Counted from the stretch's first letter, positions 41,500 to 51,899 are shown. The stretch: DNA of 62,714 nucleotides from Acidobacteriota bacterium (GCA_021826505.1 JAKAZV010000004.1:1-62714), one strand, 5' to 3'. Notes: generated by a model not told the origin, from the letters alone. Numbers and translations are program-made.

Positions 41500-42867
41500 A
41501 TGTTTGAGCAATTTCCGACCCTGATTGAAAACCTGCTGCTGGGCCGCAGCATCGAGCGCCGGCTGCGCTTTGCGCGCCGGGTGCCGCGCTGGCTGATCGA
41601 AAAAATCCAAATTGCCGAGTTCCAGGAAACGCTGGCCCGGGTGAATCGCCATTCCAGCTTTTACCGCGAGCGCTTTCAGGCGGCGGGCCTGAACCCGGCG
41701 CGGCTGCAGAAACCTGCCGACTTAGGCGATTTTTACACCACCGCCGACGACCTGCGCGCCCAGCCGACGGAGGCCTTTGTCTGCGCACCGCCCCAGATGG
41801 GATTTGAAACCACCGGCACCACGGCCCGCAACAAGCGCCTGTATTTTTCCAATGAAGAGGTGCATGACATTGGCTTTGAGGGGGCCACGGGGCTGTGGAA
41901 CCTGGGCCTGAGACCGGACGACCGCGTGGTGGACGCTTTCGATTACGCCTTCTGGAACGCCGGGGTTACGCTGCTGCATTCGCTCAACGCCATCGGCTGT
42001 TTTCACGTTATCGCCAGCAAGCTGCCGCCGGAAGATTTTTACGAACGCATCCGCGATTACCAATTCAACGTGCTCATCGTGGATACCGCCTGGCTGGTGG
42101 CCTTTACCGAAGTGGCCGAACGGCGCGGAGTCTGGCCGGTGAAGTTCATCCTTTCCGGCAGCGAAAATCTCAGCCCGGCGACTCGCGCCTGGGCGCAGCG
42201 CGTCTGGAACGCGCCCGTCTATCAGGCCTACGGGCAGACCGAATCGCTCGGCGCCACCGGCATCGAATGCCCGGCGCAAAAAGGCTACCACCTGAACGAA
42301 TTCAACTTTATTTTCGAGCTGCGCGACCCCAATCCGGAAGGCTACGGCGAGCTGGTTTATACCACGCTGGTGCGCAAGGTGATGCCGCTGGTGCGCTACC
42401 GCAGCAACGACATTACCCGATTTGTGGATGAGCCCTGCGGCTGCCCGCTCTCGTGCATGCGCCGCATCGACAAGATCGCCGGCCGCGCCGATGAGATCGT
42501 CTCGTGCGGCATGGGCATGATCAGCCCCTGGATTTTCGAAACCTGGCTGGGCGAGGTGGCCGGCCTGGCCGATGACTGGCAAATCGCGGTCACCAGCCAG
42601 GGGCCGCGCGACCGCATCGAGCTGCGGCTGGAACTCAGCGAAAATACGCCACGGCCGCCCCGCGAGATTGAAGCCGCATTGACGGAAAAGCTGGAGCGGC
42701 ACTTTCCTTATTACTTTAAAAATTGGAAGATGGGCATGTACGAGATCGGTTTCCGCTTTTTGCCGCGCGGCGAATTGCGGCCCGGAGGGCCCCGGCGCAA
42801 ACTACGCCGCGTGACGGACGAGCGCGTGCCGGAAGCGGCACGTTCGGCTGTGGCCGGCAGGCCGTAA
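41500..42867 (+). CDS. Phenylacetate-CoA ligase (PaaK)-like adenylate-forming enzyme, paralog 1
   Basis: ETTGTT..NK, YGQTE, GELVYTTL..MPLVRYRSND, GRADE. Confidence 0.82.
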   Translation: MFEQFPTLIENLLLGRSIERRLRFARRVPRWLIEKIQIAEFQETLARVNRHSSFYRERFQAAGLNPARLQKPADLGDFYTTADDLRAQPTEAFVCAPPQMGFETTGTTARNKRLYFSNEEVHDIGFEGATGLWNLGLRPDDRVVDAFDYAFWNAGVTLLHSLNAIGCFHVIASKLPPEDFYERIRDYQFNVLIVDTAWLVAFTEVAERRGVWPVKFILSGSENLSPATRAWAQRVWNAPVYQAYGQTESLGATGIECPAQKGYHLNEFNFIFELRDPNPEGYGELVYTTLVRKVMPLVRYRSNDITRFVDEPCGCPLSCMRRIDKIAGRADEIVSCGMGMISPWIFETWLGEVAGLADDWQIAVTSQGPRDRIELRLELSENTPRPPREIEAALTEKLERHFPYYFKNWKMGMYEIGFRFLPRGELRPGGPRRKLRRVTDERVPEAARSAVAGRP

Positions 42868-43052
42868 TCCGGCGAGGGGGCTCGCAATATACCGCAAAAG
42901 CCGCGATTTTACCTGCGCCGCGCAAGCATTACCCAGGGATGGAACCGATTTGAGCGCTTGCACTTCCGCTTGCTTCATGAGAACTCTCTAATGGTCTTCT
43001 AACCGGCAGTTAATGCCATTTCAGCAATAATTTTATTTTCAGGAGAGGATCC

Positions 43053-44342
43053 ATGCCAACCACGCAGTCTGCACGGACCGATACGCCCGGGAAACTGGGC
43101 ATTTTAATGGCCGGAATGGGCGCCATTGCCTCCACCCTGGTGGCGGGCGTGGAAGCCGTGCGCATGGGCACCGGGCGGCCGCTGGGCTCGCTGACCCAAC
43201 TGGCCCTGGCGCCGGGCGCCACGACGCGCAATCCGCAAAAGCTCTATGAATATCTGAACCTGAACCGCATTCAGGATCTGGTCTTTGGCGGCTGGGACAT
43301 TACTCCCGGCACCGTGTTTGACTCCGCCACCCGGGCTGAAGTGCTGGATCCGGCGCTGCTGGAGCGCTTGCGCCCCGGCCTGGAAGCGGTCGAGCCGATG
43401 CCCGGCATTCACGATCCCCGCTATCTGCGCCGCGCCGAAGGCAAGCGGCTCAAGCCCGAGAGCAATAAATACGCCCAGGCCGAGGCGCTGCGCGCCGACA
43501 TTCGCGCCTTTAAAAAACAGCACCGGCTGGAGCAAGTGGTGGTGATGTGGTGCGGCTCGACGGAAGTTTTTCTCACTCCCGGCCCCGCCCATCAGGGAAT
43601 CGGCATTTTCGAGACCGCGATGAAGGAAAACGAGGCCAGCATCGCGCCCAGCATGATTTATGCCTATGCGGCGCTGCGGGAAAACTGCGGCTTCGTCAAC
43701 GCCACGCCCACGCTCAGCGTGGATCTGCCGGTGATGCTGGAGCTGGCGGCCGAGCATCATGCCCCGGTGAGCGGCAAAGATCTGAAAACCGGGCAGACCT
43801 GGCTAAAGACGGTGCTGGCGCCGGGCATCAAGCAGCGGATGCTGGGTTTGAACGGCTGGTTTTCGATGAACATTCTGGGCAATCAGGATGGCGCGGTGCT
43901 AGACGATCCGGCCGCGTTCCGCAGCAAGGAAGAATCCAAGCTTTCGGCCCTGAACCATATTCTGCAGCCGGAGCTCTATCCCGAGCTTTACGGCCAGATG
44001 TCGCATCAGGTCAAGATCAATTACTATCCTCCCCGCGGCGACAACAAGGAAAGCTGGGACACCATAGACATACTGGGCTGGCTCGGATATCCGATGCAGA
44101 TCAAATTGAATTTCCTCTGCCGCGACAGCATTCTGGCCGCGCCGCTGCTGCTGGATCTGGCGCTGCTGACCGCCGCGGCGCAACGCGCCGGCTGGTCGGG
44201 CGTGCAGGAATGGCTGGCCTTTTTCTTCAAGAGCCCGCAAGTGCGGCAAGGGCAGCCCGAGCATGATCTTTCCGCGCAATATCAAAAGCTGACAGCGGCC
44301 TGGCGCGCGCTGGCTGAAGCGGCGGTGCCGGTGAGCCGATAA
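43053..44342 (+). CDS. ino1: myo-inositol-1-phosphate synthase
   Basis: FGGWDI, STE, GKDLKTGQT, NILGNQDG, FRSKEESK, CRDSILAAP, FFKSP. Confidence 0.93.
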   Translation: MPTTQSARTDTPGKLGILMAGMGAIASTLVAGVEAVRMGTGRPLGSLTQLALAPGATTRNPQKLYEYLNLNRIQDLVFGGWDITPGTVFDSATRAEVLDPALLERLRPGLEAVEPMPGIHDPRYLRRAEGKRLKPESNKYAQAEALRADIRAFKKQHRLEQVVVMWCGSTEVFLTPGPAHQGIGIFETAMKENEASIAPSMIYAYAALRENCGFVNATPTLSVDLPVMLELAAEHHAPVSGKDLKTGQTWLKTVLAPGIKQRMLGLNGWFSMNILGNQDGAVLDDPAAFRSKEESKLSALNHILQPELYPELYGQMSHQVKINYYPPRGDNKESWDTIDILGWLGYPMQIKLNFLCRDSILAAPLLLDLALLTAAAQRAGWSGVQEWLAFFFKSPQVRQGQPEHDLSAQYQKLTAAWRALAEAAVPVSR

Positions 44343-44412
44343 TATTCCCGGCCAATCCTAACCGGCCCTGAGGCGCCTGGCGCCGCGGGCAAACCTTGCC
44401 TGGACTGAAAAC

Positions 44413-45183
44413 ATGAATACTCCCCCCTTGCAGGACCGCATTGCCATCATTACCGGCGCGGCCCGCGGCATTGGCCGCGGCATCGCGCTGGAACTGGCCC
44501 GGCAAGGCGCCATTCCGGTCATTAATTACGTCACCAGCGGCGAGGCCGCGCGCGAGCTGGCGGCCGAGATTGCCGCCGCCGGCGGCCGGGCCGAACTCTG
44601 CGCCGCCGACGCGGCCGCGCCGGAGGGCATTCAGACGCTGATGAGCTTCGTCAAGGAAAAGTTTGGCGGGCTCGATATATTCATCGCCAACGCGATTGAC
44701 GTCGCCTCCTCGGGACCGGTGCTGCGCGCCCGCGGCGACGCCTGGGAAGCCACGGTGAATAAAAATGTCACCGCCCTGCTGCTGGCGGCGCAAAAAGCCG
44801 CGCCCCTGATGCAGGGCCGGCCGGGCAAAATTCTGGCCATTTCCAGCCTGGGTTCCTCACTCACCATCCCCAATTACGGCGCGGTGGGCGTGACCAAGGC
44901 GGCAACCGAAGCGCTGGTGCGCTATCTGGCGGTGGAGTTAGGGCCCAAGGGCATCAACGTCAACGCGCTATCGGCCGGACCCATTGATACCGACGCGCTC
45001 AAGCTCTATCCCAATTACACCCAGATGAAACAATCGGCGGAAACCACCACCCCGGCGCGGCGCCTGGGCGTACCCGCCGATCTGGCGCCCGTGGCGGCGT
45101 TTCTCTGTTCCGATGCCGCGCAATGGATCCACGGGCAAACCCTGGTTGCCGATGGCGGCCTGTCTTTGTTAACCGTGCGCTGA
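44413..45183 (+). CDS. SDR oxidoreductase, FabL-like enoyl-ACP reductase
   Basis: TGAARGIG, ISSLGS, Y-x6-K (YGAVGVTK), GPIDTDAL, characteristic of FabL-type ER. Confidence 0.75.
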   Translation: MNTPPLQDRIAIITGAARGIGRGIALELARQGAIPVINYVTSGEAARELAAEIAAAGGRAELCAADAAAPEGIQTLMSFVKEKFGGLDIFIANAIDVASSGPVLRARGDAWEATVNKNVTALLLAAQKAAPLMQGRPGKILAISSLGSSLTIPNYGAVGVTKAATEALVRYLAVELGPKGINVNALSAGPIDTDALKLYPNYTQMKQSAETTTPARRLGVPADLAPVAAFLCSDAAQWIHGQTLVADGGLSLLTVR

Positions 45184-45247
45184 AGCAAGCCGGCCCTTCA
45201 CCCGGGCGGCCGGAAGCGGATCAATTTTATTTTTGAGGAGACCGTTC

Positions 45248-45730
45248 ATGAGTCAAGCCAACTCGAATATCGAAGAAGTTTCGCATATACGCCAGATCGC
45301 CGATTTGGTGCTGGCGACCCGGCACGATGAAGTGCTGCTGAAGGTGCGTGAGGCCATCGCTGAAGTGCTCGGCTGCGATCTGGACAAGGTCGGGCCCAAT
45401 GCGAGCCTGATGAAAGACCTCAACGCCGAGTCGCTGGATTTTCTGGATCTGCTCTTTCGCCTGGAAGCCGCTTTTGGCGTGAAGATCCCGCGCGGCGGCA
45501 TTCAGCGCGCCACCCAGGGCTCGCTCACCGAGGCCGAGTTCCAGCAGAACGGCATCCTCACCGAAGCCGCGCTGGAGCGGCTGCGCATTCTGATGCCGGA
45601 AGTGGATCCGGCGCGCCTTCAGCCCGGCCTGCCGGCGCGGGAAATACCCGCTCTGTTCACCACCGAAACCTTTGTCCGCCTGGTGGCCTGGCGGCTGGGG
45701 GAAACCGCGGCCGAAGCCGCCAAAAGCTGA
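45248..45730 (+). CDS. Acyl carrier protein with large insertion
   Basis: DLNAESLDFLDLLFRLE phosphopantetheine Ser motif; ~55-aa insert before final helix; GAGGAG RBS. Confidence 0.85.
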   Translation: MSQANSNIEEVSHIRQIADLVLATRHDEVLLKVREAIAEVLGCDLDKVGPNASLMKDLNAESLDFLDLLFRLEAAFGVKIPRGGIQRATQGSLTEAEFQQNGILTEAALERLRILMPEVDPARLQPGLPAREIPALFTTETFVRLVAWRLGETAAEAAKS

Positions 45731-45775
45731 GCCGCAAACCGCGTAACCGCACATCCACAGGGCAGCCTGATCCTT

Positions 45776-46303
45776 ATGCGTTATCTGATGCTCGACCGCA
45801 TCCTGGAGATCGAAGCCGGCCGCTTCGCCGTGGGCCTCAAGTCGCCGGCACTGAGCGAAGACTACTTCGCCGATCACTTTCCCGGCTTTCCCGTGGTGCC
45901 GGGGGTATTGCTGGTCGAGGCCATGGCGCAACTTTCCGGCCGGCTGATCTCCTACACGCTGTGGGTGGAGTCGCGGCGGCAGGCACTGCCAGTGCTGCTG
46001 ACGGTGCAAAATGCGCGGTTCAAGCATTTTGTGCGCCCGGGCGATCGCATTGAGCTGCGCAGCGAATTGCTCGGAATCTCGGATGGCGCCGCCCGCTGCA
46101 AGGCCAGCGCCCGGGTGGGCGAGCGGGTCGCGGCCACGGCCGAAATGATGCTCGGCTTTGACAGCGAAGGCGACAGCAACGTGATTCCCGCCGCCGCGCG
46201 CGCCACGCTCGACCGCTGGGCAGCGGAGGTGAACCGCATTCTGCTCACCGATGCCAAACTTACGCCGGCGCCGCCGCCGGGCGAAACCTATCCCGCCCTA
46301 TGA
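45776..46303 (+). CDS. 3-hydroxyacyl-ACP dehydratase (FabZ-like)
   Basis: DHFPGFPVVPGVLLVEAMAQ, F...VRPGD. Confidence 0.88.
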   Translation: MRYLMLDRILEIEAGRFAVGLKSPALSEDYFADHFPGFPVVPGVLLVEAMAQLSGRLISYTLWVESRRQALPVLLTVQNARFKHFVRPGDRIELRSELLGISDGAARCKASARVGERVAATAEMMLGFDSEGDSNVIPAAARATLDRWAAEVNRILLTDAKLTPAPPPGETYPAL

Positions 46304-47607
46304 ACGCCAATGGATATCACGGCCGCCGGGTAGTGGTGACGGGCATGGGCGCCGTCACGCCGATTGGCCACAGCGTGGCCGAGACGTGGCAGGGGCTGCG
46401 CGCCGGCGTGTGCGGTGTTGGCCCCATCACCGTTTTTGACGCACGCAGCTTTGAAACCCGCATTGCCGCCGAAGTCAAGAATTTCGATTTTGCCCGGTTG
46501 CGCGCCAGCCGCGAAATTGCCGAAACCCTGGACCGCAAAAACAGTTTCGGCTATGCCGCCGCGCTCGAAGCCATGCGGGACGCCGGCCTGCTCAAGCCCG
46601 ATGACGAGCCCGCGCTGGAGCCGAGCGAAGCCGGCCGGCTGGGGATATCGCTGGGCACCGAAGGCCGCCGCGACAGCCTGCTGCCGGAATTGGCGCACCG
46701 CAAACTGCTGCCCGCGGACCCGGCCGCACGGCAAGCCGTGCTGGCCCAGGTGCCGCGTTCGGAATATCTGCGCTATTCGCCTTACGGGCTGGAGTTTGCC
46801 CTGGCGCATACCTTCGATGCGCGCGGCCCCATCACGACCATTTCCACCGCCTGCACCTCCAGTTCGCAGGCGCTGGGGTATGCGCTGGAAAAAATCCGCA
46901 CCGGCGAAGCCGATCTCATGCTGGCCGGCGGCGCGGAAAGCCTGATGGAACCCACGCAGGTGGCGGGCTTCATTTTGCTGGGCGCGCTGTCGAAGCGCAA
47001 TGACGATCCCCAGCACGCCTGCCGGCCCTTTGATGCCGAGCGCGACGGCTTCATTCTCGCCGAAGGCGCCGCCATGCTGGTGCTGGAAGACGCCTGGCAT
47101 GCCTATCGCCGGGGCGCCCGGGTTTATGCCGAAATTGCCGGCTTCGGCACCTCGATCAATGCCTACCGCATCACCGATTCGCCGCCCGATGGCCAGGGAC
47201 CGCTGCTGGCCATGCAGGCGGCGCTGGCCGACGCGCGGCTGCGGCCCGAACAGGTTGACTACATCAATGCCCATGGCACGTCCACCATGCAGAATGACGC
47301 CAGCGAGACGCGCGCCATTCAGCGCTGTTTTGGCGAACGCTGGCGCTCGATTCCGGTCAGCTCAACCAAGTCCATGACCGGACACATGGTGAATGCCGCC
47401 GGCGCGATCGAGGCCATTATTTCGGTGCAGGCGATTCGCGAAGGCTATATTCCCCCCACTCTGAATTACGAGCATCCCGACCCGGCCTGCGATCTCGATT
47501 GCGTGCCGAATCAGGGCCGCGAGGCGCGGGTGCGCACGGTGCTTTCCAATTCATTTGGCTTCGGCGGCTCCAATGGAAGCGTGGTGATTCGTGAATATGT
47601 CGCCTGA
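46300..47607 (+). CDS. Beta-ketoacyl-ACP synthase (FabF-like), catalytic triad intact
   Basis: STAC, NAHGTST, KSMTGH, NSFGFGG. Confidence 0.92.
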   Translation: MNANGYHGRRVVVTGMGAVTPIGHSVAETWQGLRAGVCGVGPITVFDARSFETRIAAEVKNFDFARLRASREIAETLDRKNSFGYAAALEAMRDAGLLKPDDEPALEPSEAGRLGISLGTEGRRDSLLPELAHRKLLPADPAARQAVLAQVPRSEYLRYSPYGLEFALAHTFDARGPITTISTACTSSSQALGYALEKIRTGEADLMLAGGAESLMEPTQVAGFILLGALSKRNDDPQHACRPFDAERDGFILAEGAAMLVLEDAWHAYRRGARVYAEIAGFGTSINAYRITDSPPDGQGPLLAMQAALADARLRPEQVDYINAHGTSTMQNDASETRAIQRCFGERWRSIPVSSTKSMTGHMVNAAGAIEAIISVQAIREGYIPPTLNYEHPDPACDLDCVPNQGREARVRTVLSNSFGFGGSNGSVVIREYVA

Positions 47608-48904
47608 CGGACAACGCCGGGTGGTGATCACCGGCATGGGCGTGCTTTCACCCCTGGGCCACGACCCGCGGGCGCTCTGGCAATCGCTCGCCGCCGGCCA
47701 GAGCGGCATCGGGCCGGTTGAACATCTGAGTCTGGCGCCCTTTCGCAGCCGGGTGGGCGGCGCGGTGCGTAATTTCAACCCGCGCCAGTTCATCGCCGAC
47801 CCCAAGAGCTTCAAGCTCATGACCCGCTCGGTGCGCCTGGGCGTGGCCGCGGCGGAATCGGCGATCGCGGCGAGCGGCTGGAAAGCCGGCGCGGATGACA
47901 ATTTTCGTCTCGCCAGCCTGGTCGGCTCGCCCGGCCATGCCGGCGAACGCGACGAACTGCTGCCCGGGCTGGAGCAAGCCTGGCGCGAGGGCGAACTCAA
48001 TCTGGAGGCCTTTGGAGAGCGGGGCATCTCGGTCACCAATCCACTCTGGTTATTGAAGAGCCTGGCCAATATCGTGCTCTATTTCGTCAGCCTCAAGCTG
48101 GGCGCCCAAGGGTACAACGCCAACTATTGCATGTCGGGCGCCGGCGGCATCATGGCGATCGGCGAAGGCGCGCGCGCGATTGCTTCCAACCGCGCCGATC
48201 TGGCGGTCGCCGGCGGCTATGAGTCGCTGCTGGATGAGGAACGGCTGGAAAGCTTCGAGCGCTCCGGCCTGCTGGTGCTGGAAAGCGGCGAGGATGCCAC
48301 CGCCAGCCGGCCTTTTGACCGCGACCGGCGCGGCTTCGTGCCCGGCGAGGGAGGCGCGTTTGTGGTGCTGGAGGAACTGGGGCATGCCCGGCAGCGCGGC
48401 GCCCATATCTGGGCCGAAGTTCTGGGGTTTGGACTGGCCAATCCGGGGCGCGCCCAGGCGCCATTCGCCGGCCATGAATCCACCGCCGCTTTCTCTTCCG
48501 CCATGCAATCGGCACTGGGCGAAGCCCGGCTGGATGCCTGGGAATTGAATGCCATCTTTGCCCACGGTCTGGGCACGCCGCACGCCGACCGCTGCGAAGC
48601 CGAGGCGATCAAGCAATGCCTGACCGCGCGCGCCGCCTACGTGCCGGTGACCGCGGTGAAATCGCTGAGCGGCAACCTGGCGGCGGGTTCCGGGCCGCTG
48701 GAAGTGATCGCCGCAGTGGGCAGCCTGCAAGCCGACGGTCCGGGCGTGCCCGCGATCGCCAATTGCCGGCATCCCGACCCTGATCTGGGCCTGGATCTGG
48801 TGCGCGGCCGAGCCCGTGCCGGCCAGTGCCAGAAAGTTTTGATTAACTCCGCCAGCCTGTCGGGCGCCACCGCCAGCCTGGTTCTGGGAGGGATAGAAGC
48901 ATGA
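47591..48904 (+). CDS. Degenerate ketosynthase (chain-length-factor-like)
   Basis: KS fold motifs, but Cys position reads CMSGAGG (Gly) and second His reads SGNL; start may be 47597. Confidence 0.8.
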   Translation: MNMSPDGQRRVVITGMGVLSPLGHDPRALWQSLAAGQSGIGPVEHLSLAPFRSRVGGAVRNFNPRQFIADPKSFKLMTRSVRLGVAAAESAIAASGWKAGADDNFRLASLVGSPGHAGERDELLPGLEQAWREGELNLEAFGERGISVTNPLWLLKSLANIVLYFVSLKLGAQGYNANYCMSGAGGIMAIGEGARAIASNRADLAVAGGYESLLDEERLESFERSGLLVLESGEDATASRPFDRDRRGFVPGEGGAFVVLEELGHARQRGAHIWAEVLGFGLANPGRAQAPFAGHESTAAFSSAMQSALGEARLDAWELNAIFAHGLGTPHADRCEAEAIKQCLTARAAYVPVTAVKSLSGNLAAGSGPLEVIAAVGSLQADGPGVPAIANCRHPDPDLGLDLVRGRARAGQCQKVLINSASLSGATASLVLGGIEA

Positions 48905-49659
48905 CCCCGGCTCCTTCTGCGCAATTGCACGACCGTGCGGCTCTGGTAACCGGCGCCGGCCGCGGGATTGGCCGCGCTATTGCTCTGCGCCTGGCCGCCG
49001 CGGGCGCCCGGGTGGCAATCAACTACCGGGCCAGCCGACAGGAAGCAGAAGCTTTAGCCGGCGAAATCACCGCCGCCGGCGGCCGGGCCGAAATTTTTCC
49101 CGCCGATGTCAGCCAGCCCGCCGAGGCCCAGGCGCTGATCGAAGCGGTCCACAAAACCATGGGCCGGCTCGACATTCTGGTCAATAACGCCGGCGTCATC
49201 CGCGACGGCCTGCTCATCAGCCTTGAGGATGAAGACTGGCGCACGGTGATCGCCACCAATCTCGACAGCGTTTTTTACTGCTGCCGCGCCGCGGCGCGGA
49301 TCATGATCCGGCAGCGTTTCGGCCGCATTATCAACATGTCGTCGGTGGCCGGCACCCGTCCCAACCGCGGACAGGTGAACTACGCCGCATCCAAAGGGGG
49401 CATCAACGCCCTGACTCGCGCATTGGCGGCCGAACTGGCCAGCCGCAATATCACGGTGAATGCCGTGGCGCCGGGCGTGATCGAAACCGAAATGACCCAG
49501 GCGATCCGAGATGCGGCCCACGATCAGATTCTCGCCAGCATCGGGCTCAAGCGGCTGGGCCGGGTTGAGGATATTGCCGGCGTAGTAGCCTTTTTAGCTT
49601 CCGACGACGCGGCTTATATCACCGGCGAAATATTGCACGTGGATGGCGGCCTGCGCTGA
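48901..49659 (+). CDS. 3-oxoacyl-ACP reductase (FabG-like)
   Basis: TGAGRGIG, NNAG, GQVNYAASK, VAPG. Confidence 0.9.
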   Translation: MTPAPSAQLHDRAALVTGAGRGIGRAIALRLAAAGARVAINYRASRQEAEALAGEITAAGGRAEIFPADVSQPAEAQALIEAVHKTMGRLDILVNNAGVIRDGLLISLEDEDWRTVIATNLDSVFYCCRAAARIMIRQRFGRIINMSSVAGTRPNRGQVNYAASKGGINALTRALAAELASRNITVNAVAPGVIETEMTQAIRDAAHDQILASIGLKRLGRVEDIAGVVAFLASDDAAYITGEILHVDGGLR

Positions 49660-49722
49660 CCTTATTCCACCGGGGCGGCCGGAGAGCCGCGCCGCGGCGC
49701 TGATCTCTTCGCCTTAATCGTC

Positions 49723-50634
49723 ATGAAAACTTTCCGCCCAGTTGTCATTACCGGCCAGGGCTGGCTATTGCCGCCCGGGGTGGAACTGCGCCAGTTTCAC
49801 CCGCAGGCAACGGCCCCGGCGGCGGAATTTGCGCCGGCCCGTTTGCGGGACTTTGCCGCCGGTGATTATGTGCGCGACCCGAAAGTGCTGCGCGCGATGA
49901 ATCGCCTGTTTCAGGTCGCGGCCGCGGCCGCCGTGCTGGCCATGCGCGATGCCGGCTTTCAGCTTGCCCGCGATCTGACCGGTGCGGGGCATGATCCCGC
50001 CCGCTGCGGAACCGCCGTGGCCATGAGCGAAATTTCTCCGCTCACCCAGAATCTGCTGGACGCGGTCATCGCATGCAGCCCCGGCGGACGGTTTGACCTG
50101 GCGGCCTTTGGCGAAATTGCCCGGCATCAGCTTCACCCTTTTCGCCGTCTGACGATGCTGCCCAATATGGCGGCTGCGCACATTTCTCTGTTATTCGGCT
50201 TGCAAGGCCCCAGCTATACCCTCGATTCCGGCATCACGGCCGGCATGCAGGCGATCCGCGAAGCCTATTGGGCGATTGCCGGCGACAAAGCGGATCTGAT
50301 GGTTTGTGAAGCCGCCGACAGTCCTGAAAACGCCTTGCGCCGCGCCGCAACCCAGGAAGCGGCCGGGGCGCTGGTGCTGGAGGCGGAAGCGTCCGCCCAG
50401 GCGCGGCAGGCCCGCATTCTGGCGCGGGTGCGGGCGCAGCCGGAATACCCCTGTACGGCTCCGGTTTCGGGTTCCTGCGCGGCGCCGGCCGCGGGCAGCT
50501 TGCTTGCAGTGCTGGCCAGCCTGTGCGAGATCGGTCTGGATCCACCGCAATCGCTGCCCGGCCTGGAATTATTTCCCCCCGCATCAACAGCCGAGACCGT
50601 ATCCAGCCTGACTCCGCGGGAGGGCAGAGCATGA
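49723..50634 (+). CDS. Truncated ketosynthase N-terminal-domain protein (CLF-like)
   Basis: VVITG, LPNMAAAHIS..LQGP, EAAGALVLE; no catalytic Cys or His-bearing C-terminal domain. Confidence 0.72.
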   Translation: MKTFRPVVITGQGWLLPPGVELRQFHPQATAPAAEFAPARLRDFAAGDYVRDPKVLRAMNRLFQVAAAAAVLAMRDAGFQLARDLTGAGHDPARCGTAVAMSEISPLTQNLLDAVIACSPGGRFDLAAFGEIARHQLHPFRRLTMLPNMAAAHISLLFGLQGPSYTLDSGITAGMQAIREAYWAIAGDKADLMVCEAADSPENALRRAATQEAAGALVLEAEASAQARQARILARVRAQPEYPCTAPVSGSCAAPAAGSLLAVLASLCEIGLDPPQSLPGLELFPPASTAETVSSLTPREGRA

Positions 50635-51893
50635 ATCGGGTCGTCATTACCGGCATGGGCGTGATCTCGCCCCTGGGTCTCGATCTCGAAACCACCCGCA
50701 CCGCGCTGTTTGCCGGCGCCAGCGGCATTCGCCATATCCGCCAGTTTGACGCGCGGCAATTTCCCGTGCGCATTGCGGGAGAAGTCAATGACCCCACGCT
50801 TCCCGACGCCTCGGCGCCTGGCCTGCCCCGCATGCGGGCGCTGGCGCAGCGCGCGGTGCAAAGCGCGCTGGCCGATGCCGGACTGCCCGCAGCCGCGTGG
50901 GACGCGGCCGACGGCGTGCGGCCGGACAGGCATCCGCGCCATGCGCTGGCGTGGTCGCTGGGTAAACAGTCGCTCAATGTCGCGCAACTGGCAGACGCCA
51001 TTTCCGGGCTTTCCCACCCTCCCCAGATCCAGGCCGCGGGCTGGCCGGCTGAATTCATTCAGGAATGGGAAGATCGCGAGCCCGCTGCCTGGCTGCGCGA
51101 ACTGGGCCAGGCCACCGGCGCCGCCGGCCCGGCCTATTGCTGTTATACCGCCTGCGCCTCCGGCAACGATGCTTTGGGCATCGGCAAGCGGCTGATCGAG
51201 CGCGGCGAAGCCGATCTGGTTTTAGCCGGCGCCGCCGACAGCCAGGTGCAACCGCTCAGCCTGCTGGAATATGACCTGCTCGACGCGCTGGCGCAGGGCG
51301 AGCCGGAGCAGGCCTGCCGGCCGTTTGACCGCTGGCGCAGCGGCTTTGTGGTGGGGGAAGGCGCGGCGGTTCTGGTTCTGGAGTCGGAAGAGCATGCCCG
51401 CCGCCGCGGCGCGCGTCTGCGCGGCCGCCTCACCGGATACGGCAGCGCGCTTGATTGTTACGGCTTGACCAAATGCCATCCCGAGGGGCGCGGCGCCGCA
51501 CAGGCGATTGAGGCAGCGCTGGCCGACGCCGGCCGCTCTCCGGCGGAGATCGGCTATATCAATGCCCACGGCACCGGCACGGTGCTCAACGACCGGGCTG
51601 AATCCGCCGCCATTCACCGCGTCTGGGGCGCCCGCGCGACCCGCATTCCGGTGAGCTCGACCAAGGCCATGACCGGCCATCTGATCGCCGCCGCCTCGGC
51701 CGTGGAAGCGGTGCTGACGCTGCTGGCGCTACAGGAAAAAGTGCTGCCCCCGACCCTGAACTATTCCGTTCCCGATCCTGAATGCGAACTAGCCATCGTG
51801 CGCACCGTACAGCCGCTGGAATTTCATATCGCCATGTCCAATGGCTTCGGTTTTGGCGGCCAGAATTCCGCTCTGATCCTGGAGGCTGCGTAA
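50631..51893 (+). CDS. Second intact beta-ketoacyl-ACP synthase (FabF-like)
   Basis: YTAC, NAHGTGT, KAMTGH, NGFGFGGQN; ATGA overlap with upstream gene. Confidence 0.9.
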   Translation: MNRVVITGMGVISPLGLDLETTRTALFAGASGIRHIRQFDARQFPVRIAGEVNDPTLPDASAPGLPRMRALAQRAVQSALADAGLPAAAWDAADGVRPDRHPRHALAWSLGKQSLNVAQLADAISGLSHPPQIQAAGWPAEFIQEWEDREPAAWLRELGQATGAAGPAYCCYTACASGNDALGIGKRLIERGEADLVLAGAADSQVQPLSLLEYDLLDALAQGEPEQACRPFDRWRSGFVVGEGAAVLVLESEEHARRRGARLRGRLTGYGSALDCYGLTKCHPEGRGAAQAIEAALADAGRSPAEIGYINAHGTGTVLNDRAESAAIHRVWGARATRIPVSSTKAMTGHLIAAASAVEAVLTLLALQEKVLPPTLNYSVPDPECELAIVRTVQPLEFHIAMSNGFGFGGQNSALILEAA

Positions 51894-51899
51894 TTTCTC

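Noticed and set aside
41500-42867. Phenylacetate catabolism (paaK plus PaaD-like DUF59 at 60843)
   Set aside because: No paaABCE/G/Z genes; the DUF59 gene sits in an Fe-S repair context 7.6 kb from the nearer ligase.
45248-51893. Calling the cluster ladderane, aryl-polyene or aromatic type II PKS
   Set aside because: No radical SAM/B12 enzymes, no APE accessory genes and no cyclases/aromatases; only the core resembles these systems.
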